Below are positions 36,001-49,335 of a DNA stretch of 64,000 nucleotides, piece after piece. The notes beneath the pieces were generated by a model. That model was not told where the DNA came from and did no database searches. It saw only the letters and a program-made list of their open reading frames with translations. Within the stretch, counting starts at the first letter, position 1, and each line of letters opens with the position of its first letter. Location: positions 7,502,001-7,566,000 of the forward strand of contig CM068756.1 in NCBI GenBank assembly GCA_035084275.1, in the 5' to 3' direction. Source of the DNA: Hydrolagus colliei (Eukaryota). The translations under genes and the position numbers were made by a program.

Positions 36001-38729
36001 CCTTGCAGTGTGGCTGACTGGTCATATCACCTCTCAGGAGGTGGCCAGGGAGATTTGTTCACCATGAGGCCTTCTTACGCACGGGCCCCCAGGATAAGGC
36101 ATTGAAGAGCTCTGTGACAGGCTTCATAGGTTTGTGACTGTCCTAGCAATAGTTTCCCCGCCAGCAGCGTATCTTCTAGATACACTGAAACAGCTGCTGC
36201 CTTTCTCTGGAAACAGAATCACGTAAGAGCTTTGAGACCGAAAGGATTTATTCGTGGCCAGCGCAATAATTCGTTGTGAGGTCACTTTAACTTAAGTATT
36301 CAAACATTCCTGTCAGAATTTGTCAGACTGAACATAATTTTAGCCCAAGTCTCCCTCTGGTGGATGTATAGAAACAAAAACAAGTGACAATTTACAGCAA
36401 CCAACACCTTCTTTAACACAGCAGATGTTTCTTTCACTGGATGGGGAAGCACATCTGGAATCCAGATGGGTGCCAGAGACTTCCTGGGAAGCTGAGGAGC
36501 ATAATACCCGAATAGAGCTGAGCAAAGTTTAGCCACCCCTTCAGTACTTCCGCTCCCTGCTGTCAAGACCGTTCAGGCCTCTTGTGCATGGGCAGTACCA
36601 CCAATAGTAAAACAAGGGGAGCACAAAGTCAATTACTCCTTAAAAATGTACTTGAGATTGGTGACTGATGCCGGTGATGTGAACCGTGCTTTAGAATGAT
36701 ACTTGGGAAGGATAAGCAACATCTTTCACTCAAACACGTATACTTTTACTTAGGTCTTGAAGCATTTCAAGTAACTGCTAAATCCGACACAGAATTCAAT
36801 ACGTACTACCCTATAAGACCACTGAGTGGTGGCATCTAACCTGCCACTGGGAATTGATTTATAAAGAGACCTATTTGCCCTTGTGGTTTCAAAGGTCAAG
36901 TTTCAGGGAATTCAACCCTGTATGGTCTGGTATTTCTGAGGAAATCTCTGAGGGTTTCTCTCATTAGAATGGATGTGGAAAGAGAGGCCTTTATTATCTT
37001 TATATTGATATCCATTAGAGCTGCCCTGCCTGGGCACGAGAATCATTTGCTTTCAGAACGAAAAGAGAAAAGAACATTTCCTTGGCCTGATATTTCAAGC
37101 AACCCAATATGGGCTTGAAATAATGATCGGTGATCCAGGGAGAAACGTTGATGTATAAACCACAATTCAAGCAAACCATTAGTTAACCATTTTTTGAAGA
37201 TGCCTTGCTACAGGATGGTTAGTAACTATAGCAAAGGTTTAGACCTGTTGAAGTTTCATCTCACTCAGAGTAAATCAGCAAAAACTCAAGAGCAAGTCAA
37301 TCTTGCTACATCACATGTGGGTTTCACTAGCCAGTTTACGTGCAGTCCTGGCAGTGGCCTGGAAGCAGGTCACTTTCCTGCATCCTCGTTCTGGAAACGC
37401 TGAGTGATGTAGAGCTTCTGAGGAGACCATGTGACTGCAAACATGGGGAAATATATCTATAAACTGATGGCAATCGTATAACTTGATGATAATAACAGCT
37501 AAACTGTGATTATAATGCAACAGGTAAAGATGATTATAATATAGCTTTACAAGAGAATCAATCATTTTTCATGAAATTATGATCTGCTGCGGCCAAAAAA
37601 AGGCTGAGAATATTTGGACTGTGCCATTCTTAACCCACAGTTACACTACACGAAAGTGGATTAGTGTGCTTAATTACTGAAATTGCAGAGTTGAACTACT
37701 GAAAGGAACAAAATGTGCAAAGAACATTTCATTGGTTAACTGTTTGAGGCACTGTTTGAACTATTGTAGCATCCCTGCTAAATAATGAAACTATAACAAG
37801 ATTGGAGTATTTTTGTTTATTCAACTAATAAAATTAGAAGAAATGTTTGCATTCTTAATGTTGTACAAATTATGACTTGTATTAGTCAGTGTGATGGTTT
37901 CATTGATCATTTATAACATTTCATATATGACTTTTTTTTCCCAATGTAAAGGCTATTCAGTCCTCAAAGGGCTCATAGAAATGCTGATTGAAGTAGAGAC
38001 GGAAACCTAAAGTAGAAAATAAGTTATTTCCAGTTTTTTCATGGTCAGCAGTTTTTTTTAAAAAAAACAAAGTCAATTCCAAATGAAAAAGCTATAAATA
38101 AACGCCATCAAAATACAACCAAGTTAGAGGAGGTGAAAAACCACCTGGTTGACCAGCATAGAACAGCCACAGAAGGTACAAAAATACTATTTACCTATAT
38201 GCTGTCCTAACCTCATACTGAATCTCTCCTTCTTCATTCCCATTGGTGATGCAGTGTTTCAGGATGGCTTAGTACTTTGCCAAATAACAGACATTGTGAG
38301 CAATGGGAACAAGACTATAGTGTGCCATTTCTGAACTACACTGCAGATTCCTGACCTTAACCTCACAGAACGCCTCCGAGACAAATTAAAGGAGAAAAGA
38401 GAAAGAGGTCTGCACATAAAATGTGGGAGAATGTGTAGAGTGTTTGCAGAAGGAATGGATTGTGATTCCAGTAGAGGTGTGTAAGAAATACATTTCCTCT
38501 ATGACATACAGACTGCTGTCTGTCATCAAAGCTCATGGATATGCTACCCATGGCTAAATCTCTGTAGGTGTGTTGCAATATCAACCAACTGTGAAAAACA
38601 GAAATGGGTCGTATTTTTGTTTTACGATGGTGATTGAATCGCTTCTAATGCAGACAGTACTTTCTGGTAGGCAGCGTAGAGTAAAAAAAATTAACAGATG
38701 CTATTTGACTCAAATACAAAGAGAAATTA

Positions 38730-39323
38730 AGTGCATGGTTTCCCTTTATTATACTGTACTAGTTATTGCAATCAGGTAAGTCACATTTTAGAAGCAAACA
38801 CCATCCAGTTGCACTGCAATCATTTTTTTTCTTTACATAATTTCTCATTGTACTGTGAACTGGCCAATCCAATTAAAACATTCTTTGACGAAAAGAAAAA
38901 AATATTCTGACAATGGCAAGCTATCACATCACACCTATCACAACTGGCTAAAACTGCAATTTAAAGCAAGTATGAACAAAATACATCTAGTTATCCAACA
39001 CCTATTAGTTTACTACATTAAGCAGCAAAGGACAACAGCAACAAAGCTGATGTTTCTAACACACTATAACTCTGATTAGAAGCAAAAGCTGTGAATTCAC
39101 TAGTTAAAAGCAGGACAGAAAAATACTGAGCATAGAATACTTTTAATCTGTTACATTAATATTCATTTCAAACTGCTTATAATAGCAGTGCCTCATGGCC
39201 AAATCATTAATTTTACATCTGGGTTTCAAATGACACTTTGATTGGATGTAATGTTCAAAAGTTCTCTCCCACTGTGTCTCTGTCGAGTCTTCTGCAGAGA
39301 ATATGTCTCACAGTGCTGACACC
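38730..39323 (-). other. ZNF423: ZNF423 3' UTR
   Basis: Follows the stop codon, contains no repeats, and ends just after AATAAA (38745-38750, minus strand). Confidence 0.75.
38745..38750 (-). terminator. Polyadenylation signal AATAAA of ZNF423
   Basis: Plus-strand TTTATT, about 575 nt after the stop codon, with T-rich sequence downstream on the minus strand. Confidence 0.7.
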
Positions 39324-39353
39324 TTACTGTGCGTGCTGACTCATCATGTGGTT
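39324..39353 (-). CDS. ZNF423: Zinc finger protein 423, terminal coding exon
   Basis: Acceptor TTTTTTTGTCTTGCCAG|AAC CAC ATG ATG AGT CAG CAC GCA CAG TAA = NHMMSQHAQ*. It supplies the two His of the last finger, and phase 0 fits the previous exon. Not in the ORF track in this frame. Confidence 0.93.
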   Translation of the reverse strand, partial: NHMMSQHAQ

Positions 39354-42300
39354 CTGGCAAGACAAAAAAAGACCCATAAGGGATAAATAACACGTGTCCA
39401 TATCCACCCAGTTTCACTGCAAATAACGTATAAACTCCTGTACATTTTTGGCTTTGTGCATAGACAAAGCAGCAGCTATGTTATACAATTTACCAGCAGG
39501 GAAGAACTTGACACACATACCTTTCTTTGTCTGTTACACATACACGCTTGGAAAATGTTTGTTTTACTACAGTAAGACTCAAATAAGGTACATTCATATT
39601 TTTCCATTTGTCTGGCGAAATCTTCAAACTGGATCAACTAGTATGAGGCATAATAATGTATTATGATCTACATGACTACTTTGATTCATGGTATCCATAT
39701 ATATTCTGCACCGCATATGAGTTGGGACATACAGGCATATGCATATCAAGAGTCAAAAAGCTGTCCAAATATTCAAAAGCAGCAATGATCCTTTTACTGG
39801 TGTCTTTCATGTAACATGTTTTGTCAATACTGCATTAAGTATATTCTGTTTTTCTACCAGAAGAGGGAAGCACAATACCTTTGTTTTTCTTGCCTGCCAT
39901 TTAAGTCCCTCCACCAGTTAAAGAGAACAGTTCTTAAGGGACAACATTCTCCCATTGTTTTCAATGAGAGTCGACTGTTCTGGTAAGATTATATTTTGGT
40001 TGAGGTATATAAATTTCCAGTCCATATATCCAAACATGCGATTGAGACTATATATAGCTATTGACAGGAGGTTAATGGTCTTAACTTATTTGTAAATGTT
40101 GATGGACTGACTCTTCAGATAAAAACATCATGTTTAACACTACTGAGCCGAGAATTAATTCCAAATAATTCAATCCATTACTGCAGTTCATTGGCAATTC
40201 ATTCTCTCCATTAATACTGGCACATGTGGATGCCTTTTGCATTAATTTTTTCACTTGCATGTAAATCTAAAAGGATGTTAGAAAGTACACTCAATGTTTG
40301 GAGAAGTGAAGGCTGAAGACAGGGTGAATCAATATCATTTCCACCTCCAGGTAATACTAATCTGTGTCTGAATCAAAATGGGCATGAATTCTATTCCTGA
40401 CATATTAAAAATTGGAAGATAAGATTCAGAACTACACTACAGTATTCACAAATACTCACTGAGTTAAGACTTCAGCAATAAAGTAGTTTATTACCTGTGT
40501 AAGTGTGAAATGATTTTGATATATTTAACACATTACATTCAGGGCAGTTGGCGTCATTTCAGGTGCATTCTAGAAAATGGTTTTGCCCTATTTGGTATAA
40601 AATAATGTTAGCTGAGTATAGAAAACAGACAAATCTAAAATAAATGTTGTGGTGTATTGAATAAATAGAATTCTCAACCTCTGCACTGGCCTAAAGGCAC
40701 GTCAGTCTATGGTCCTAAGAGCTAGAATAATTTGGAGTTGGGGAGAGTCCACTGATGGATGCATGTGCTCTAAGAACAAACTGATTGGCAAAACTGCCCA
40801 GTATTACAAACAGAGTGGTTTTATGCATCAACGACATGACAAGTTTTAGATTCATCTATTTTCTATTGTAAATGAAACGACATTCTGAGTTTTGAAACCT
40901 GTATTAGATCCACGCAAATAAAAGGATACTGTATAACTAACTGGACAAATAAACAATGACACCATGAAAAAAAATCCTGGCTTTCGTATTGCTTCCATGT
41001 GCATAGTGGCAGCACTCGAGTGAAATATTGTGAGCCCAGGCATCGTCTTCAAATCATACATACAAACTATTCTAACTGAAGCAGATGTCCAACCAAATAT
41101 GGATGGTTTTGGTAGAGCCATTAATCGAGTAATTGTACTGCTAACCTCATAAAAATCAACAGCAGTTGTCATAAACTTTACTTTTTCAAAAAAGAATATC
41201 CACAGAGAAGCCTCTTGTCCCCATGGCAAGCTCACCACGTTGGCACTAGGCCAGTGTGGGGAGCTGCAGCTGTGCATTCCCTCCTCCTGCTGACTGACCC
41301 GGTTTCCCTGCTAGTGCATTGGATAGAGACAAATCTGATAAGCTTATTACTACCACATCTGTCCCAGTACCTGACATTGGGCAAACACACTGTCCAGTGG
41401 GACTGGTTATGTGAGGTAGCTGCCCTAAAATTGAACAAAGGGAATGTAATGTGTTAAATATATCAAATTGAACTGTTTGGATCAAAATTCACACGACAGC
41501 ATTCTTCACTTGAGATGGGCACATTAGCCTTCGAAAGCTTTTTAAATGTTCATATTTACTGTCAACATAGAAGTAACGTTTTTCATAAATAACATTAACC
41601 TATTTGAGATGCACCCCCAAATGATGTAGGTTTTTGTAGCTGTAATATTTGTAATTGAATACAACTGCTTGATAAGTAAATCACTGAAGATGAATTTTAT
41701 CATTACACATTTAAAATGTAAATAATATTGAATTTTATTCGATGGTTTATCAAACAATAGGTACGAGTAGGTGTGAATACAGAGAGTATAGCAAACTCAG
41801 AGCTCCCAAGATCACTACCATTGAATGACAGGCTGCTGCTCCTCCCATGGAGACTTGCTACAATGGTATCTTCTAACTCGCAATCCTCAACCTTAGAAAG
41901 GAAGCAATGCGAATAGTTTCTGTCATCTCAGACCTTAGATTAGATGTAGACTGGATGTTGATACCTTGATTGTGGATAGAAACTAGGCGAGTGCAGTACT
42001 CGCTCTGTGTTCTGATCACAGTTATGTAGAAACTTCATCATAGCAGAGTCCTACACGAGTGTGAAGCTCTTTTAGAGCCTGTAACCAATGGGGCAATAAC
42101 TCCTGCCAATATGTGGAATATTGAAGTATTGATTTTGGACAATTCGGCCCAATCTACTCTTCCTTTAATAGAATATTTTAGTATTTTTCTGGGCGATGGT
42201 GTAATTTTGCCAGCTGTGTAGAGATGTGCGTGTGCCAGAAATTGGTAGTTTATTTGTCAGCACTCTGCAGTGCAGATTTGGACCAGGGCCATATGCAAAT

Positions 42301-45300
42301 GAGATGATAATGCAGCCTGTTACACTTTGTGCCATCAGTAAATTAAGGGGTTATTCTCCAGGATTAATCCTATATATTTATGAATGATTCAGCAGTATTT
42401 ATTTTCCCAAATAATGCTTATAAAATTGCCAATAATCATGCTGAAGTTTAATATTTTCTTGTACAGTCACAATCCAACATCACTTAGTGCTCTTTTTAAA
42501 TTGCATACAGAGGGACAAATAGTAGAAAATGTAGTAGAGAATTTAAGTAACACAAAGTCAACATTTTCACTCTCTCCATCTAAGTATGTAAAGTATTTCT
42601 CAACATTTCTTACTGCAGTACTCTCATCACCAAACTGTATATTGAGTTAGTTACATCTCATTGTTTTTACTCTACTGTTATGTTTCTCATTATTTTTTAA
42701 TTCACTGGTCAGTGTATTTAGTTATACTGTTATACTCATTGCTATGTATGCCTTTGGTCAGCATGGTTTATATTCAGCTGGTTAAGCTTCCATAGATTAC
42801 CACAACATCCTTGGTTTATGCAGAAATTGAGCCTGTAGTGATGTCACTTCTGCCGATTTACAACCTGGCAGAAATAGCTGACAACTGCTTGCAATAATAA
42901 ACTCGGGAAACGCAAGTCGTATAATCAGAGCAACCACTTTACCAGTGTGGTAATTGATGTTAAAGTAATGAAACAAAAATAATAAAAGCTGTTTAATCAC
43001 AAACAGATACATTAATAAACTCTATTGTCTCTTTGAATTATAAATTATAAATGGGTTTAACTCACAAAAGACTTACAGTATTACTAAAGATTAGTTGCTC
43101 TAATGCTCATTAGTTAGACATTAAATCACCAGTTCAGCTGATATATTATATACAATTTATAGCATGCAAATAGCCTAATAAGACTTTCGGAATTGCCATG
43201 GTGAGCTAAGTCTCTCAGGTAATCAAGTGACTCCACTGTAACCCCACAGATCTTCTTCAGACTGCCCACCAGGTGTCACAGTTGCTATTATTGCTACATC
43301 CTATGACTACATTCGAACATTTCCAGACTGAAAATAAAAACACAATGGTGGACTTTACAGACTCTTTTCAAAAGCTGTGCCATGGCTGCCAAACTTCAGT
43401 CAACACTCTATTAATTTAATAAACCATTGCTTTTCTTGCTAAAGCACACGCACCCTGTGTTTCATTTGTTAGTATTAGCAACCTTTTCCATTGAGAGCCA
43501 CATATTATTCAGCATTTTATTTTTTAAAATGTATTTGAGAATCTTAGAATGATTAATATACTGGTATAGTTCATTTATGTGTTGCTTGCAGGGAATTGCA
43601 ACATTATTATTCAGAATTGCGGGTAGAAAAATGTAATGGTAACCCAATGACAGCTCCAACCCAAAAGCAGCCAGCCGCCTTATACAAAATCGGTTAATCC
43701 ATCCTGTATTGGAGACAGTCTCTTGGGAGATAATGCAAGATCAGCACTGTTTTCTGCAAGCACGGAATCGAATCACGTACCATTATTTCTTCTTCTATTC
43801 GTGGCTGCCTCACTGATTACACAGTAAAGGATCAATAAAATTAATGTTTTGTGGGACTGGATCTGAAAACGACCCATTGAATACTAACGATAATATCCTG
43901 AACCGGAAGCGTTCACAGCAGGCCAAGATCGAATCTAAATCATCTGTTGAATTTATTTGTGTTATGTCTTGAATAAATGATATTTCTAAAGAATTACAGT
44001 GCACTAATTTCCTCCTATTTTGTATTTTATAGCCGTGCTTATTCAAGGTACAGTATACTTCAGCGATTTCTGTTTTTGATTCAAGGTAATACTTTTTCAG
44101 TTCAATCAGCATCTCCGGAATGCAGCCTGAAACAATACCCGGGCAGCTGAGTAATTAATACAACCAGACAGAGGCTCAATGTCTCTGTCTATCCCAACTG
44201 TCAAAAACATTAACACACACACGCGCACAGTGTACAAGTATGTGCTTGATTTGCAACAAACATTTCAGTACATTCCAATACACTGGCCAAACTGTGATCT
44301 GCAGACTAGAGCCATCAAGAACCCCCGCCCCCCCCCCCCCCCCCCTCAACAGGCAAGTCCATGTTTGGATATGTGTTTAAACGTTTCTCTTAACTGAATA
44401 TTTCTTGATTCGTGGCATAAATATTCAAATCAAAAAAATGTATCTTGTTAGACAACCAAAAAGATTAGCCATCACTGTTCTAACTCTAACAGTTCAGATC
44501 TATAGTGAGATTAACTAATAAAAACTTACACTATGGACCAAATGGCTTTCTCATCTACTGTAATATCTATGATCCTCTGCTAATAGTTACAATGTATGTT
44601 TATAAAACTGCTTTTTGTTGGAAGTTAGTCATTTTCATCCTACATGTTTAGAGTCTGTTTGGATTCAATGGCTGGTAAACCAATCACAGCCGACTTAAGG
44701 TGAACTTTCACAAGATTATACAAATCATTTTTTCAAAGCTACAATACAATTTATTCCACCTAAAGTTAAAATGAGTTGGAAGGACTTCTTAAAACATTCA
44801 GTCTTCTCAGATCAAATTACCTCTTACATGTCACTCTGGCCTTTAATCAAATTATTGCATGAATGAATATTCTTTGACCTCATATTAAATCCACTTTCAC
44901 AAAAGCACAAGTTGGCAATTGAGTTGTCAATATGGTTTGAAGATTTAAGATGTTTAATTTCTTATTGACAGTTTTAGAAGCTTTCTACTAAACTCCCATA
45001 AATATTTCACATTGATTTAGTTAAAAACAATCCTGCCATTCTTACTCTGAGTAATCATTATTCAACTTTACACTTGTTCTTTATACAATGTCATAGTGAT
45101 ATCTAGTGCTACAAAGTCCATTACTAAAACAATATAAAATATACTATGCTGAAACTGGACACTCCACTGTAGAAATCTCATCAATATGAAAACCAACCCA
45201 AAATAAGATATGGACAAAAGCTTCAGGTAGCAGGATTAGGATACCCTAAATTTTCAGCATAGTTAATTTTAAACATAAGAACTTTCCTAAACTGATATTC

Positions 45301-47458
45301 AGTTTATTAACGATGGAATCGAACACGACTGAGACTTGTCCAATATTTCACTACAGGTCCTCAATTTGCACCATTTGACTTCAAGCATTTAAAAAATTAA
45401 CAAACTCAAATCATTCAATTGTCTTTTTCAGGGTATTTTTATCTGATTATTTTTAGAGCGGTTTGACAATCTTCCAAAGACCCAGGACTAACAGATGGCC
45501 TGTCTTAAAGCCTCATATGTTCAGTAGTTTGCACTCCTGACAAACAGTAAACGCACTCAACGGGTGTGCAGTGAATCGTGCGCAGCAAAGGGGGCTATAA
45601 AAATACACAACTGAATTTGGTTGATTCGGCTGAACATTTAGGCCAAATGCTGGATTGGCAACGTCCGGTGTGGTAATAGGAAGCTGCATTTACTGGTGAC
45701 AAAAGCAACAGCAGCAAGCAGTATTCCGTGTTGTATATTCACATCAATGGTTCATGCTCTGGAAGCGATATAACAGTAGTTTTGTCACACCCACAGTGTA
45801 TTTCTTTTGAGGTCAACATTGGGATCAATTCTTGATTTGTTGCATTATTCAGCTAACTCAGCCTCTTTAAAATATGTGGCGCTTAACCCTTGTACTGTAC
45901 TGCCATATACAAAGACCAAATGTTAACAAAGAAGCAAATTTCTCTCTTTGCATGGAACCCTATTTTGTAGATTATCGCATCAAGAAAACACAACAAAGGT
46001 ACTGGCCTAAGGAAAAGTTACATATGTATCTTCAATCATTTTCTGCTTCAATCACTTTCATTTATTATTTCAATAGGTGAAATTGTTGTACAACATATTC
46101 TATTCTTAATGAACTGCTTGTGTAGCTCTATAAATAAAAGTGTTCAACATAATTCTTCCAAGAGTAGCCTGGTAGAAGCTTGGAGACCCCAGAGTGTGCA
46201 TTGGGGTACTCACTCTTGCAATTTAACCAGCTGAAACTATATAGTTTGTCAGAAAGCATTGTCTGTCAAGTTAGGTCCACTCTAGGGGTTTTGCTTGGAG
46301 GGTTAATAGGAGCGAATAGGAAGATTCTCTGTCCCTACTGAGAGGTACTGCAGAATCGTCTAGCTCAAGCCCTGCATACTTCAGACACCAGACTACCAAG
46401 ACAGCCACAAAGAATCAACCCAGTTACCAACCTTAGCTCAACTTGAATGAAGCAGAGTGTGTCATTGATGAGAAAAATGGTCCATTTCATCATAAGCCTT
46501 TTACTGACCAATCTAAATAGCCATAACAACTTGTGCTTATAGGCTTTAAGGATTAGATACAAATTAATCATGTATGATGGAAAGATAAGCAAGCAGGGAA
46601 ATGGAAACAAAAAAAAAGAAAGCTTGAAATTGTATGTGATGCATATTGTATTTGATGTTTTGAAAGCAACGATGGCCTAAACAAAGTACTGTATCACCCA
46701 CCTTCCATTATAATAGATTCATCATCAACAGAAACATTTCACTGATTTATTTTGGGAAATGATTTTGTCATCTGTCTGCTTTGAGCTTTTAATTCAATGA
46801 TGCCAAACCGCAGCATCTCATTTAATGCAGAGTTTAGATTTTCACAAATATGCTTTGCCGGAATGCTTGTTGGCAAAGTGACTCTATGAAACATTTCTAA
46901 ACCTGAACAAAAGAAATTTTACAATTTTTAAATGCAAGTTGATAATTCAGAAATTCAAGCCCGTTTCTTGCTAAAATAATGATTTTTTTTTAAAAAAGCA
47001 GTTTTTGTCATTTATTCAGTGATTTGCTTCACAGTGGGGCAACGCAAATCCAGCAGACTAGCAATCTGTATTGTCAGAAAACACCATGTGCATTTTATAC
47101 CATATTACAGTTGTGCACAATATTGGATCGAAAATGTTGCCACAGCATTTATGTTCTGACAACATTGTCGACTGACAAGAATGATAAATAATGCAATGGA
47201 TCGTGGGAATTGAGGCTGCTTTCTCTTCCGTCAACTCTGAAATAATAAGGTGATAATATTTTCTAAGGAAAATGTGGAGCTTTAGGGAATTTACTTTTTC
47301 ATACTTTGCTGTAGATATGCTCTTCCTTTAAGGTTTTGAGTACTGAAGAAGGTTTTTGCTACCAAAATAAAGGACCATGATTAAAGTGTTTTAGCTTATT
47401 AACTTATAAAAATAGTTGTGTGAATGAAGTGTTGTTGGTTTTCTGAATTTCCCTTCTT

Positions 47459-47572
47459 AATAATAATAATAAACCTTGCATTTGATATAGCGCTTTTCAC
47501 ATCTTCTAGACATTTCAAAGTGCTTCACAGAATATACTGTAAAGTGAATTGACTGTATATTTGTGGGCGAAA
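47459..47572 (-). mobile_element. SINE tail fragment
   Basis: (AAT)n AAACCTTGCATTTGATATAGCGCTTTTCACATCTTCTAGAC...TTTGTGGGCGAAA. Confidence 0.85.
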
Positions 47573-49234
47573 AATTTATTCTATCTGCTTCAATTGTTCC
47601 AAGAAATTACAATTTTCGGTGTTTCAAAGTGTTAATGTCTATTTGTTGCATTCACACAACTACTTGGCCATATACATGATGATAATTAACTTGAAAGATT
47701 TATTATTTTGGTAACAAAAACATGTGTAAAAAGAATAACCGTGAATAACTACATTTTAAAAGCACTGTAAACCAGTGCATTGTGAATTTCATACAAAGAT
47801 TACATTTATCTCAATCTTTCCAAATAGAAAAGTTCAATTATAAATCCAACAAATATCCTATATTAAAAAATGAGTATCACCTAAACCCATGCAGGTATAT
47901 ATGACCACTATAAAAGCGGGATGTTCCAATATTTGGTATGGAAAGCCAGAACAGCGTAGAATTGTATCTCTCGTAACAGTAGACAAGATGCACACTAAAT
48001 AGATAAATTATGAATGTGTATAGGGATCTTACCAATGGGCCTATAATTTTAAAATGCAGACACTGCAACACAGTATTTCTTTTTTTGACATAAATAAACC
48101 TAATTCAAAACAATAGTTGTGAAATCCTAAGTGAAAAAAAATACAATTTTATCCATACAAATTCACACGAGTAACTTTTTAAAAAAAGAATGCATAGAAA
48201 TACATAGATTTCCAAGATGTACCTAATTTGCTATGATAAATGGAGTGCATGCTTCAGTGATCATAACTGCAGCTGAGACCTATTATATTTAATGATCTAG
48301 ACTTTTTTTTCCCTGAAAACACCCAGGCATGTATTGTTATGTTAAAGATGGAAAAGCTACCTCTGCTGTGAGAACAAAAGAGATAGGAGCTACAGAAAAT
48401 AAGTTATAGTACACAGATATCCTATGAGGGCTTTATGATATATGGTTAGTATTTACACTGAAAAACAATCAATCTGGACTGAGCAGAAGACCGGTGTTGA
48501 GTCAACAGTAAACGGCTATGTGCTTAAAAAGCAAATACTGTAATACAAACTGAATTATAAATACTATTTTAAAAGTTTTGATTTCCCACCTGTAATGAAA
48601 GTGCATTAACTATAAACATTATTGTCTTATTTTGATTCAAATATTTCACATCAAAATACATCAATCTATTGAAAACAAATTAATTTGAAATATATGGAAA
48701 CTATTGAATGAGTGACTTAGGATTCCACAACCCTTAACTAACAATCCACAGTACTAACATTTAAGACTATACATCAATTCAGATCAATACATCTCCTTGA
48801 TAAACAGTAACAGCGGTTAAATAATAAAACTAAACAGTAAGCCCTTCTCTGGAAGCATTCAGTGTTTGTGAACTAGACAATTGCCAATTCTCCAAATAAA
48901 CACTGGTAACCTGGTGTTCAACAGTCTTCCTAAAATTTTCTGAAAGCTTCTATTTCAAACTAATCTGAACTGTGACAAATTCACCACACTTATAAGCAGA
49001 GATCAACTCAATTTTAGAGGTAAATGTTCCACTTGAATGAAGCCACACAAACAAAATGTACTGATTTGGGGCTGGAATAAAATTTTTGCATTTATTAGGG
49101 TTTTTTGTTAAATCTTGTAATTTCATCCCTATTAGTTTTCTCTAAAACTATCAATGCTCAACTACTGAGAACATCTTTTAGAGTTAGTTTCTTGCTTATT
49201 TGTATATCTCTCTAAAGATTATGTTTGCTCATAA

Positions 49235-49335
49235 ATATATATAGTCAATTCACTTTACAGTATATTCTGTGAAGCGCTTTGAGACGTCTAGAAGACATGA
49301 AAAGCGCTATATCAAATGCAAGGATTATTATTATA
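49235..49335 (+). mobile_element. SINE tail fragment
   Basis: AGTCAATTCACTTTACAGTATATTCTGTGAAGCGCTTTGAGACGTCTAGAAGACATGAAAAGCGCTATATCAAATGCAAGGA(TTA)n. A further tail lies at ~49585-49660. Confidence 0.85.
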
